NCBI RefSeq assembly: GCF_026571515.1
Contig: NW_026864520.1
Location: 1 to 64,000 of the forward strand
DNA: 64,000 nucleotides
Direction: 5' to 3'
Source: Ruditapes philippinarum
Lineage: Eukaryota
In this document: positions 39,012 to 51,995 of the stretch, piece after piece
Numbering within the stretch: the first letter of the stretch is position 1
Layout of the letters: the number at the start of each line of letters is the position of its first letter
Made by a program: the position numbers and the translations under genes
The notes under the pieces: model-generated
What the model was told of the DNA's origin: nothing
The model's input: the letters and a program-made list of their open reading frames with translations, nothing else
Databases searched by the model: none

Positions 39012-41100
39012 AAATTCATTGTTTTCAAATTCCGGGAACTGAATATCGAAAGCCTATCTGGTATGTCACAGAAGGGAAATATTCAAATCACACATTGAAG
39101 GGAAAACAACGGGAAAAGCTGCTTTGCTTTCATATGGTGACAAGAAGAATCTGTTATTTAAGGATAAACATATGGCTAATCACTCGACTCCAGACGGTGA
39201 TATTGCAATTAACGATGGACAAATTACCAATTTTTGAAAGACATATATACAAGTAGTATTGAAAGACTGTATAAAGAATCTTTACGTTTTGAAAGTCTTT
39301 TTAGCATCCTTCAATGATATGTTGCATGCTTATTAAGCTAATTATGTTATGTTACAAAATTATATTAAACTCTAGCCTTCTTATAATAATTTGCCAAAAT
39401 AACTAATTTTAAACATAACAAGATATGAAGAACTTTGTTGCAAAATATGTACTCACTTAGTTGAAGTGAAATTCCCATTACCTAATAATCATAATTTACG
39501 ACCGGTATCGAGAATAACGTCTGCGAAGAGTTAAAAGCATTTCATATAATGATTATCCAAGCAATATTGTTATGTATGCAACATATTACATATATATATA
39601 TGTATATAATTTATATCTGACCAGTTGGTATTTCCAATATTATCATTGTTCTATTTTTAGAACATAAACTACATGTATGTACTAGAACGTTCTTAACTGT
39701 TGTAGAAAACTCATGCATTATATTTAGATAGAAATTTCTGGAATGATCTTTATTGGTGAAGTTGCTAGATTATGATTACTGTAGTAAATGGAAGACTATT
39801 CTAGAAACTTCTTAGTTAATATATATAAGGAGACATTTTTCATTACTTTTACCTTTTAAGTCATCAGTGATCTTTTAAGTCATTAGTTACCTTTTAAGTC
39901 ATCAATATATTTGGAGTATTATTCGACTTGGATATTAAGTGATTTATTGGAGCTTGGATTATTTTAAAATAGTTAAATTTATTTTATTGTGGGAATTTAT
40001 TCTAAAGTGTGCTTGGATTTAACTTGGATTTTACTGTGCTATTCAAAAAGGGATCATTCCAGGATCAGACTAGACATTAGGTTTTACATTTATATTTGGA
40101 CTTCAGGTATTTGTACACATAATTTGTTGTTTTAATTTTCTTTATTAACTTTTCTGTAATAAATGTGTTATTGTTACAAGTTTGGTGCTGGCTTTTCTTT
40201 CTCGTTACGCCTGGCTCGTAACAATATAAAAGTATAATTAGGTTCTCATGTTTTAAGTATTTACCCCAGACGCATTAATTAAATATAAAGATGGTCAAAA
40301 TTACATTTTTGAAAGGAATAAGTGTCTCTTTTTTCTAACAAAGTATGGAAATTAGCCAACTAAAGTACTTGAACATATGGCATCAACACTCCTTTATTTT
40401 TAATTTGCAAAGATTATCTTAATTTGTTTCGCTTGTAGAATCTTGCAATTTTATATAATGGCATATAATAAATTAATAATGTAATAATGTAATTAATAAT
40501 GTAATGTTATTGTAAATTAATCTGACTAATAAATTCTTATTATAAATTACGATAAAAGTTGTTGATGAATTTATTTAGCAATTAAAAATAAAGAATTAAA
40601 ATGTGGTAATTTGATATAGTTATGTGGTAAATTTATCTATCTTGTTACTAGTATTAAGAAATTCTGTTTAAATATTTTTACAAATTCAAAATTGCACAAA
40701 ATCTACAGCAATTAATCGAAAATAAATAAACAAGAATGATACTATAATACTATAAAAACAAAATGATATGAATAATTTACCTGGTTTCTGTTAAAATTGA
40801 GAACATGTAAATATGAAAGCAAGAATGAAACAAAATCTATATCAAGTAATAACAATTGTTGAAATAGTTAAACATACACGAATATATATTACACACGCAC
40901 CTGTTTGTGTCCAAGTTAAATGTTAATCTGCTACTGTATAAAATACTTGTCTGTCATAGATATATACACAATCAAACGATGTCCGAGTATATATACCCTT
41001 AACCTTATTTTATATATACTATTTAAGGAGATCACGTCCTAAATGTAAGGTGTTAACACCCCACTAACCTAATCAGACCTTAATGCAAATTAGCTTTACA
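39012..41100 (-). ncRNA. Putative spliced transcription unit P6 (chimeric paralog of P4, exon 3 truncated)
   Basis: Perfect octamer ATGCAAAT 41083-41090, CCACTAACC 41061, GATCAC 41030; donor AACAG|GTGCGT at 40900; 56-nt exon 40781-40836; donor CCAG|GTAAAT; acceptor AATAACAG|ATTCTTC at 39151. Confidence 0.42.
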
Positions 41101-44100
41101 CGAATACAAACGATGCACAAGGTGCAAAATACAATATTTTATACCCTTTATTGAATGTTAATCCCTTTATTTGAATGTTAAGTGCACTTGAGTATAACTT
41201 ATAAAGGTTCAATGGTAATTTAAGAATGTCCTTATCTTCTTTAAAATGATCGCTCAATATTTCTAAGATAAAAGTAGCGCTACCTCAAGGACGTTTTTTG
41301 GTTTCTCTAACTATTCAGACATAAAATGTAAAGCAAGATAGAAATCTAGTTCTACTTCAAACATGTAGGAAAATGTTAAACTTATATGAACATTTTTACT
41401 ATTCATCTATTGTTTATTGCCGCCACAATATGTAAAATTGCATCTTAGTCCACCAAAAAGAGCATATTTAATAAAAATATGACATGCTTAGTTCAATTTA
41501 AAAAAAGTTTATATGCACTGACATTTAACTCCATGCATATGTTTACACCTACTTTATTTATAACATGTTAAGCTCATAAATACAATTATAGAAAAACCAC
41601 GTATTCATTAAAAGATTGGTATGTTTCTATTGCAATGATTTATAAAACCAATATTAGCTGGATTTCGTTCAGAAAATCTTTCATCTATCCTATTAGTTTC
41701 AAAGACAAAATCTTTATCATTATGATATACTTTGTAAACTATATTATTGAAATGAATCAAGTCTTGTTTGTAAACCCAGTTTTCAAAGTGATAAAGAGAT
41801 TTATATAATGAAATGTCAAAGCATCTTAAGAATCAAATCACATATTTAAGTTATAACCTCATATATTTCATCCGATTTTATCACAAATTTAATGTTGCTA
41901 TCAGAAAGAAAACTTGTAAAATTGAATTGAACTACTTTTGCAAAATCACAAGATATTTATTGTTGAAAAACGATATATTCAAATTACTTAAAATGTTTTA
42001 ATATGATTCTTTTAAAAACCGATTTCTAAATTATTTTAATTAAACATATCGATAAGACTATAACTATTGTCGTGAATTTTCTATAAAAAAATAACCATAT
42101 GGCGATCATTTTTACTATTATACTGAAATGATCAGTCTTAACATATTTTAGTATAAACTACATTGTATTATTGAGATAACTATTAAAGAGAAAAATAAGC
42201 ACAATTCTGCTACTATTTGTCCTTCTACTAACGTGAATTCTATAATCTACAATCTTAAAGATATTTTTAAACTTTTTATAAAACAGATGACATCATATTT
42301 ATGATTAAAACAAATGACATTTTATTAGTATATCTTATACATAGGAACGAAAACCAAGGCGGCAACTATCAAAATTGCGGATGAAAAGTCCTACAATTGC
42401 AATTTCAAAATTCTACAAATCATATCGTAAAATCAACAAAACAAGAATAAAACGATTTACTTTCTTTTATGAATAGGAACAAATTGATGGGATATCGCAC
42501 AGCTTGAAATAAGTATGGTTTTGTCCAGTCTGTTTAAATTTCACTTAAGACCATAACAATATTTTATCTATTTAGATATGTTGTTACTTGTTAAATTTTA
42601 ACGATATTGGTTTTAAGATGACTTGGCATTTCTACGTGAAAATTATCTTTTTTTTCTGGATAAAAGGCAGAAAAGTAAATAAATCAGAATTCTCAAAATC
42701 TTTTCTTTATCATGTCGTCATACATGTATTTAAATCATACATAAATGCAATACTTTAAATGACATTAAAGATATTGAGAATAAAAAAATGGATAGAGTTT
42801 TTTAAGGAAACATCAAGACACTTAACGAACAAACAATACAAGTTTATGAGTCAAAACTGCTCCGTGATTTATTCGACTTTCAAAAAGTGAATTTTGCAAT
42901 ATAATATACATAATTATGCAAGTTCTAATAAAGATATATTTTATCATATTACAAACAATTATATTACCTACCACCTACTTTATTTGCACATAATATTGAC
43001 TTTATTTTCAATTAAAAGATATTGACACACTTAACTTGCATTTTGAAACTAATCATGTTAGCAAATCGCAACTTATACTGACCATTGCGAAACGAAGTAC
43101 GTTAATAAGGTACATATATTTCTTTATTTTGATCAGATTGTGACCATGGTTATAAATTAATTATCGTGTCAACCTTTTTTTCAATTGTTAGTATCTCTTA
43201 TACATCGTTCTTGAACGTCATTGTGCATGATCATTAAGCGAATTGTTTACAAAATTATCATAAACTCTAGACTACTGACAATAATATTTTTTCAAATAAT
43301 ATCTTACAACATAACAAAATTTGAAGAACTTTGTTGCCACAAAAATACTCACTCTGTTGAAAAGAAAATCCTGCCATTTTATAGACAATTATAATATTTG
43401 TAAGATAAATAGCTTAGAAAGAATTCATGAGGATAAAATGTTTCATATTATGGTAATCAATATATTAGAAAAATGATGAAGTTCTTAAGTTTTAAGTATT
43501 AACTTCAGACGAATTAATTAAAATATAACGAACATTTTTTAAGGGATTAGTGTTTCTTACTATAACAATGTATCGACATTAGCTAAACAAAAATCTTTGA
43601 ACACATGGTACCAACGCACCTTTATTTTTTAAATCTCAATGGCGGTTTTTAAAATGATATCTTAATTTGTTTCGCTAGTAGAAACTGCCAATGTGATATA
43701 AAGACATATACTAATGTATGCTGTGGTTTTATTGGTTCAATAAAAACGTATCTAATCTAAGATACAAGTTTTTGATGTATGGATTAAGTAATTTATGATA
43801 CAAAAAGTTAAAATAGTATCATTTGAAATATTCTTGTTGCAAATTTCTGTTTCGGAATTACCAAAGTATAGTATTGTAAAGAAAGTTTGTTTACTCATCA
43901 AACATTTTAAAATACAACACAATCTAAGTATTTGCCGTGCTCGATCTAGTCTGTCATAATTATATACACGATCAAACATTATATATGCACACTTATAACC
44001 TAAAATTACTATATTTAGAGATCACGTCTTCAAGTTAAACTAAAACACAAATAAAGAAGAATCCCACTTAAATACTTGTCAACTGTTGTTTTATTTAAAT

Positions 44101-47100
44101 GTTAAAAGAACTTTAAACAAACCAAAAAAAAATATAAAAAAGAAACACGGGCAGAGAACGATTTTTTATCATTGGAATTTTGACAAATAGAACAATAACG
44201 CGCTTATTGCTACACGTTATTTCACATACGAGCGTACACGTTTATTTCTACCATACCGGATTGGATTATTGATATATAACATCACGTACTCATTTGAAAA
44301 ACATTCAAATAATTATATGTAGGTACTGACTTAACATAAACTATTTCTAAATTATATCAAATCACATTGATGAGGATTTAGGAAAGATTTTGAAATGTCA
44401 ATATAGATGATTGTACTTGACAGCAGGTTGTTTTTATTTTTGCTTATTAATTTGATATTTTGATATAAAGTCCAACTTTAAAATCCTAACAGTATATAAT
44501 GAACTCTGCCTTTGCCTTGTAAATGATTATAATATAAACTTAAGAAAAGGAACATAACACTCACTGTTAATCTATCGCTAAAATACGTTTTAATGTATCT
44601 GGTTGCAATAGAGATAGAATTTGTTATTTGAACATCTTTACGTGCACCTAATGAAATGAATGTTTTTTTTAAAGAGTTTCACCTTTGACGCCTAAAATAT
44701 TTCAAAAATGAACTTTTATAGAGTTCATTTGACATCTATTGCTTATTTGGTGCAGCTTAAGAATTACGAAAAGCCAGTGGGCATTGATTGACAATTAAGA
44801 CTAGAAATATAAAACTAGATTTCTAATTTAAGAGTCTCCTTAGACATTATATCACCTGCTACCACTAAACGCATTTTACAAGTTGATTGGAAAGTAATGC
44901 CAATGTCATAAATACACTCAACAATCCATCTTACCATGGTATAAATGAATATGAGATATGAGAATGAACAAAATAGGCTCATAATTAACACTTTCATTTT
45001 ATAAGAATAGTAAAATGTGTAAAGCAAAAACACCCAAGCCCCGACCAAAACAACAACAAAACAATAAAAAACAAAAACAAACAAAACAAACCCAGACCCA
45101 AGAAACATTGCTGAATAAAAATTAACCTTGTCAAAGTACAGATATTTTAAACATTGGAAAATAAGTATATCATACGATGCAAACTATTTAAATGATATAT
45201 GTGTACAAAACCTTTTTGAATTTACGGAATAAGGAATAAGGTATACAAAGACTATAGTAATACTAACATATGTGTGCCGGAATTATTTTTTTACAAGATG
45301 TTAAAAGCCACGAGCTTCAAAAATGAATTTCTATAAACATGAAGAAAAATGAATACCAAATTTTAGTACGCTGAATGGTGGCATCGAAAAGAAAATGTAC
45401 ACAGGACTGAGGTCCTCCAGATTAGACAGCCAAAAAAGACTCAACTGAACCAAATAGTTAAAGGCCTATTCAGGCGTTCCCTTTTTCTTCTTTTTTACCG
45501 CTGACGATATTTCAAAAACAACACACAATGATAAATTTGTTATCTTTGATATTAATCATCACTGTTTCAAAGATAATTTTCTTTTTTTCGGTGTAGGACA
45601 GCATCATATATGTATCTTACTTCAAATTCAAATCTTTGATATTTTCTTACCAATTTCATCTACAATTCTATTTATTTGGTAAAAGAAATTGATACAATAT
45701 ATCAATTTATGCATATAAATTTATTGATAGATCACAAAAATTGTTTGTATATGAGAATTATGTTAAATCATGCTTGCGTCTTGAAGATTTGTTGAGTCTT
45801 TTTAAATATTACTTCTGGCCAAACCTATGTTTTATTGAGTTCAGATGTGTTGGTTATTGTAACAAAAGTTGCAGTATTGATGTAAAAATAACTGTGCCAG
45901 TCGTTGTGAAAATGATCTTTATTTTGATCATTATAGCCAGAAAAGTAAATAGTTTATTTGTAGTGATAATTATTTCATACAAAACCGCAATACATTTAAA
46001 TGGCATTATAGATATTAAGATAAAAAAGGAGATAAGTTTTATAAGCAAACATGAAAACAATCTTAAAACAAGCAATTTAACTTACAAGTTGAGTTTATTT
46101 TCATACATATATATAATAAACAGAAATTTTATAAGATCACACACAGTAATATAAGCACTTTTTTATTCGATCAAAAATTTATTTTCAATCAAAATCACAT
46201 GGACACACTAAATACGCCCCTAATTTACTTCATCGCTTAAGCTTAAACATACATCAGCATTATGTTAATATTATTTCTTGAAATGATTAAGCTTATCTGT
46301 ACATAATAAAATTCGAAGATGTGCCTTAAAAAGTATCTGCACGGTCTCATTTAAAAGGAAGTGTGTTTTGAATTTCAAACAATCATCTTCTTGTCAAATT
46401 TATGAGGGTTTATTCTACTGTAAAACAGAACTAGACTGTATTTTTATATTCTAGTATTTCTTTATGTGTTATTCACCTTTTTGTACCTAGATAAAAAATG
46501 TAACTACTTGAATATTGACACAAGCCTTTGGTCTTGATCTCATATATTTTCGATCAGTGACCCATTCGATGTTATAATTGTAAATCTTGTTTAAATCGAA
46601 TTACCATGGTCTTGTGAAACACAATAAAGACGCTTACATTGTATTATCGGTTTCTGTCTACTTAACACATATAGACATTAAATAGGTCATTTTGCTTCAG
46701 GGAGATTTTCGTTCTGTAAAAACATATAACAAAACATAAAATTCGGAAAAATGTAAAATCCCTGATTTATACAATAATGACATATTTGATTTATTTTTAT
46801 CATTGACAATTTGATTCAACCATATGTCACTTAAATTGTTGAAAGTACAGAAATATTGAATCTGCAACATTTTCTACAGCCATCAACTTATTTAAAGCAA
46901 CCTAATCTACACAACTTTTATATTATAAAGGTTTCCCTGAGACATTGAGGACATTAAAGGTCACCTGCAGATCCTACATAAGATAATACAAGCTTTATTT
47001 GTATATTTCAATTAGAATAAATGTCTTTTAATAACATTATGTATAATATTATATTGTGCATAATTACATCCTCTCCCTAAAAAACAAAGGGGTCATTAAG

Positions 47101-47860
47101 GACTCCCTACTTGTTGAAACTAGAGCTATCACTAAAGTTGATTACAATCCCCTCCAGCAACCTTGACCTTTTGGAAATTTAAATGGTCTGAATTAAAATT
47201 TGTCTCAACCTATAATTCACGAAGTATCAACTGTGTTAAATAATTCTCAGCTAGTGTTATCCTCAAGAAACATTTTGTCTATATTTAGTAACAGTGACTC
47301 TTGATCCCATGGTGTCCAAAAGCAACTAACACCGGGGTCTTCATACAAGCTTGCCAAATACAAATATAATTATAATATGTCATTATACACTCTAGTTATT
47401 GTCGGGAAAACATTTTTTCTTTTTTTTTAAATGGTTACCTTGATCCAAGTGGGTCAAAAAGCGAAAATAACCACGTTTTCGGACTAAAGTTAGCGTGTCA
47501 AAAATATTATCCATTGCTAGAAGTATATAAGTCAAATATTTGGAAATTATGCCTAATGTACATCTTTCATGATAACCAGGCAGGGGTTTAAAACAATTAA
47601 GAAATTTAGTACTTTTATACATATTCATTATTTTCCAATTCCGGAAACTAAATATCGAAAGCCTATCTTGTATGTCAAAGAAACACATTGAAGGGAAGGC
47701 AACGGAAAAAGCTGCTTTTGCTACAATGATTTCATATGGTGACAAGAAGAATCTGTTATTTTAAGGACAAACAGATTGCTAACCACTCGACTCCAGACGG
47801 CTATATTGCAATTAATGATGGACAAATTACCAATATTTGAAAAACATATATAGAAGTAGT
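39250..47860. repeat. Tandem segmental duplication 2, copy B
   Basis: Colinear with 30580-39250 except for the solo LTR insertion and replacement of the 32870-35110-homologous segment by 42200-43175. Confidence 0.88.
39568..40223 (+). mobile_element. Solo LTR (656 bp), probably Ty3/Gypsy-type
   Basis: TGTTATG...CGTAACA termini; 4-bp TSD ATAT (39564-39567 and 40224-40227); TATATAAG ~39822 and AATAAA ~40158; empty site GCAATATAAAG at ~30894. Confidence 0.9.
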
Positions 47861-48700
47861 ATTAGAGGATTAGAAAAGTAATTTCTTCCATTTGTTAGTA
47901 TCTCTTATACAACGTCTTTGAGTGTATTTTAGCATGATCATTAAGCTAATTGTATCATGCTTACAAAGCAATCATAAACTCAAGCCTTCTTATCATAACT
48001 TGTCAACATAAATATTTTAAAACATAACCAGATACGAAGAACTTTGTTGAAATATAAGCACTCTCTTTGTTGAAAATAAACCCCATAATTTTAAAGTCAA
48101 GATAATAATTTTATTGCTGGACAGATAGTAAAAATATCATTATGAAGATGCAAAACATTAATTTACTTTTTATGATAATCATAGCAATAGAAAATAATGA
48201 GGCTCTCAAGTTTTAAATTCTTTACTTAGACGAATTGATTAAAATATAACGATGGCCAAAATGCTATTTTGTAAGGAATTAGTGTTTTCAATATAATTAC
48301 AAAATATAGAAATTATCCAAACAAAAATCCTTGAACACATAGTACTATCGCTACTGTATCACCTCAAGTCTTAAGGTTAAGGGTATCTTTATTTCGATAG
48401 CAGAAAATATCAACTGTGATATAATGACATTAACTTAATGTATTCTATTCTGTGGTTGTATTAGTTCTATAAATTCGTACTTAAACTAAAATGAAAGCTA
48501 CCTACGGACAAATTAAGCACTATCATAGTAATAAAAAAAAAACAAACAAAAAACATTAATATTTGAGATACAAATGTACTTGTGTTGTAAATGTCAGTTT
48601 TTCAATTGCCAAGCTATAATTAAACCTTATTCATATTTCAAAATTCAACATTCTATGAAATTGGTCGTGCTGGACCCCGTCCTCTCTACAATATAAAAAC
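47490..48700 (-). other. Further paralog of P4 exon 3 plus intron, promoter module deleted
   Basis: Acceptor AATAACAG|ATTCTTCTTGTCACCATATG at 47753; 47490-47752 aligns with 30220-30465; at ~48700-48760 sequence jumps to a homolog of 32360. Confidence 0.7.
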
Positions 48701-49942
48701 CGAATTTTCATTTTTCATGTCAAGTTTTCTACAAATGAAATAAATGATTTAAAAAAATCTTCATCTATGCAATTAGTTTCATATCAAACACAAACTGATA
48801 TTTTATCACTATGAGATACAGTCTGAATGGAAACTTTAATATTAAAATGTTTCAAGTATTTCGTGTGTGTATATATATCAAATTGTCAAAGTGATAAGAT
48901 TTTAAAAATCAAAATGTCAAAGGATCTGTTAGAATCAAATATATTCTAAACATCTTCTTTAGTCCTAACCTCATATATTTCATGTTGTTTAATGACGTAT
49001 TGAAATAATGATATTGGAAAGGAAACGTATTAAATTGAATTGTCCTGCTCTTGTAGACATAAATATTCTATCTTTCAACATTTCATAACGTCTATAGCCA
49101 ATTAAATTGCTATACTTTGTGTTAATAAAACGAAAAAAGCATGAGAAGGAATGAACAGCAGCGATAAAAAAGAATGTTTTTTGTGAATGCAAATTTTGAC
49201 TTAATGAACAATAACTTGCTTAATGTTACACCTTATTAGACATAAACGTTTATTTTTAATGACATATCGACAAATAAGTGTATCAAAGTAATTCCATCAC
49301 GTGCTCATTGTTGTTAATATTATCGTATGTAGGCGTCTTATTATAAGACTGGTTTAACACCAACCACTATAAAACATATCTATTAACTTTTGAATTTATC
49401 TATATATTATAGCGGACTATTTTGTTATTTCCTTAACCGGTTCGATATCATTTCTATATCTAACATGTTTTTTTTACTTAACATAAACGGAGTTTGTACC
49501 ACGCACTCATATATACGCAGTGGAAAAGAAAATTGTAAACACTAAGTTACTTTGTAGTTTGTTTGATAATTTTATTTACACCATTTGTTGTCGACATATT
49601 TTTTTTTTAGATTTTTCGTTCACTCCGTGCTTCCAGAATAATTAGTCCACTTATAAAATACGATTTTCAATTTGTTTCTGACGACATTTCCTAATGTTTT
49701 TGGCATATTAATCTTCCTGTTTAACTGTCCCAGATGATCTATGTAAGAAATTCAAATTTTATATTTTTAGGTTCTGCACCACAGTGGAGTTTCCTTGTAA
49801 AACTTGCTCACTATTAAGGACAAAGCAAGCCAGTCAAGCACCTTCCAAAAGTCCCTGTTTCCTTCAATTATACTATCCATCAATGAGAAAAGTAAAAACC
49901 ACCAAAACTGGTAGCAGTTAGAATAGAGGAGTGTTTACTTAC

Positions 49943-50120
49943 CTAAAGCACGAATTATAAACATAGCTATATAACACAGAAAAGATTCTGTCCAAAGTCA
50001 GAACAATAGAAAATGTTTAGTAAAGATGTCAAGCTTGGTTGTTTATGGATGACTATGTACTTACGTGTATTCTATAACCTATGGTCTTAAAGACTGTTAT
50101 AGTTTTACATGGACTAATTT
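49943..50120 (-). other. Two candidate small exons (50065-50120, 56 nt; 49943-49987, 45 nt)
   Basis: TTTCTTGTCATGTACGCAG|...ACAC|GTAAGT, 77-nt intron ending TTCTGACTTTGGACAG|...TTTAG|GTAAGT; no frame stays open through both exons. Confidence 0.4.
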
Positions 50121-50289
50121 CTGCGTACATGACAAGAAACAGACCACATCATATTCATTAATACTTCAAATGGTATTTAAGTAGTTGCCTGTAATATAAG
50201 CATGTAAACCAAGGAGATAATTATCATTGTCAGATTTTTAGTATACAATAACCAAGGAGTAGGAAATGTTGATATATTTCTGTCTATAA

Positions 50290-51400
50290 CAAAACAAAGA
50301 TTAAATGATCATTTTATTCAAAACTGGAATGCAAGACTAAATCAATCCAGTTGGGCTTTATTTTATAATACAATATCATCTTTTTAGATTTCAGCCGTAT
50401 TTGGAATGTTTTAATGTTTAAAAATTTTGTCAAGCGTTTTCCCGTTTACGTGTCTCTTCTCATAGATTACAGATAGAAGCTGGTAGATGGTCTCGGCCAC
50501 GTAGGACCCCTTTAAATGAAAGAATTTGTTTAAGATGTGGTAAAATCGAAGACGAATATCATTTTATATTAGAATGTTTGTTATTTATTGATATAAGAAA
50601 AATGTATATTGATAGACGCTTTTGGATAAGTCCTAGTATGCGAACATTGGATGACCTTGTAAATTCAGAAAATAAGAACACTCTTCGAAACCTTGGAATA
50701 TATATCTATAATGCCTTTAATATTCGAAATTCGGTACTATATACCAATTAAAAGTTTTCAAACAAATCATTAAATAGATATTGATATTTTAGGTGTATAG
50801 TCATAAGTTAAATAGATATGTAATATATATTGTATTGTAATAAGCATCTTAATAAGAAATGTATTGATATTCGCATAAGTATATATCTCAAACACATGTC
50901 TAACATATGTTATATAATTATGTATATTTGCATGCCATACTATCGGTCTTACAGTTTCGTTTCGGTAAGACTTATTAATAATCTATGTATCTTGGCTCAA
51001 TAGTGAGGTAAGATATGTAGATAAACTAATTTAGTTTAATGATTTATGTAATGTAGTGAACATTAATTATGTTTGTTGTGACACTACTTCATAGATTAAT
51101 ATCATGGTAAATTATATTATTTTTGGGTAGCTAAACATTTCTTAAACAGAACATTTAATTCATGCAATCATTTTAACAGATAAGAAGTATGTGAGTGTAA
51201 GACAAACATAAATTAATATTTGCATTGTTCTACGTTCTAACGAATAAGTTGTTATTATGACCTTCTCCTGTAAAGTCATAATTATATTGTGATAATGTTT
51301 TTATTTTAACATATGCACTGTTCGTTATCTTGTAAATATGCTGTATTATGTCATCATGGGCTTATAAGCCTTTTTGATTGAGATAAAAATGTCTGTCTAC
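50290..51400 (+). mobile_element. 5'-truncated LINE 3' end (RTE-X-like ORF2 C-terminus plus 3' UTR)
   Basis: Translates (with lesions) KQRLNDHFIQNWNARL...FCQAFSRLRVSSHRLQIEAGRW...ERICLRCGKIEDEYHFILEC...RNSVLYTN* (stop 50749-50751), a CCHC knuckle typical of non-LTR ORF2 ends; tail GGGCTTATAAGCC...ATAAAAATGTCTGTCT; CTGTCTA on both flanks. Clade assignment tentative. Confidence 0.85.
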
Positions 51401-51801
51401 AATCTTCAAAATTAAAGAACACTTTATTTTCTTCTGAGCTGGCAAATACATTCTGCTTTCAATTCATTTTGCTTTGTCGGTTTTTAACAACAGTCGTCCT
51501 TTCAATGAACAACTTAAGACTAAAATAAGCAGATATGTACATTATTAGAGGGTTGTATGAAGATTTAAAAGTCCCCACATATATCATGTATAATCATGTA
51601 TATGATTTTATGAGACAACAGCTGGCTTATTAATGTAATCTTAAGAAGTTACAGATGAAAATTATGAATAATGCCCCCGTCTGACAATAGGATTAAATGA
51701 TAAACTTAAGACAGAGAGCATGTCATAAATGCTTATCTGTTGCTAAAATATTTTAATTTTCAGTCCTTATTTATCCGGTTGTATTAGAGATATCCCAATA
51801 A

Positions 51802-51995
51802 ATGAGCAGCGTCACGACAAAACCAACATAGTGCGACCAGCATGTATCTAGACCAGCCTGCACTTCTGCGCAGTCTAATCAGGATCCATGCTGTTCGCTT
51901 ACCAACACTATAACAAGTGGAGAAACTGATAGCGAACAGCATGAATCCTGATCAGACTGCGCTTTATGTTGGTATTGTCATGACACGGCTCAAAT
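51802..51995. mobile_element. Palindromic MITE (ATGAGC...GCTCAAAT)
   Basis: TIR-like ends ATGAGCAGCGTCACGACAAAACCAACATA / TATGTTGGTATTGTCATGACACGGCTCAAAT; inner inverted repeat GCGCAGTCTAATCAGGATCCATGCTGTTCGCT / AGCGAACAGCATGAATCCTGATCAGACTGCGC. Confidence 0.9.

Larger units (their letters stand above)
30580..39250. repeat. Tandem segmental duplication 2, copy A
   Basis: 30580-32870 matches 39250-42200; 35120-36050 matches 43180-44100; 36780-39010 matches 44940-47207; 39085-39250 matches 47683-47860. Confidence 0.9.

Noticed and set aside
47392-47745. 117-aa minus-strand ORF
   Set aside because: Non-ATG start, runs into a HINE fragment, and the frame is broken in paralogs at 30.3, 34.1 and 39.1 kb.
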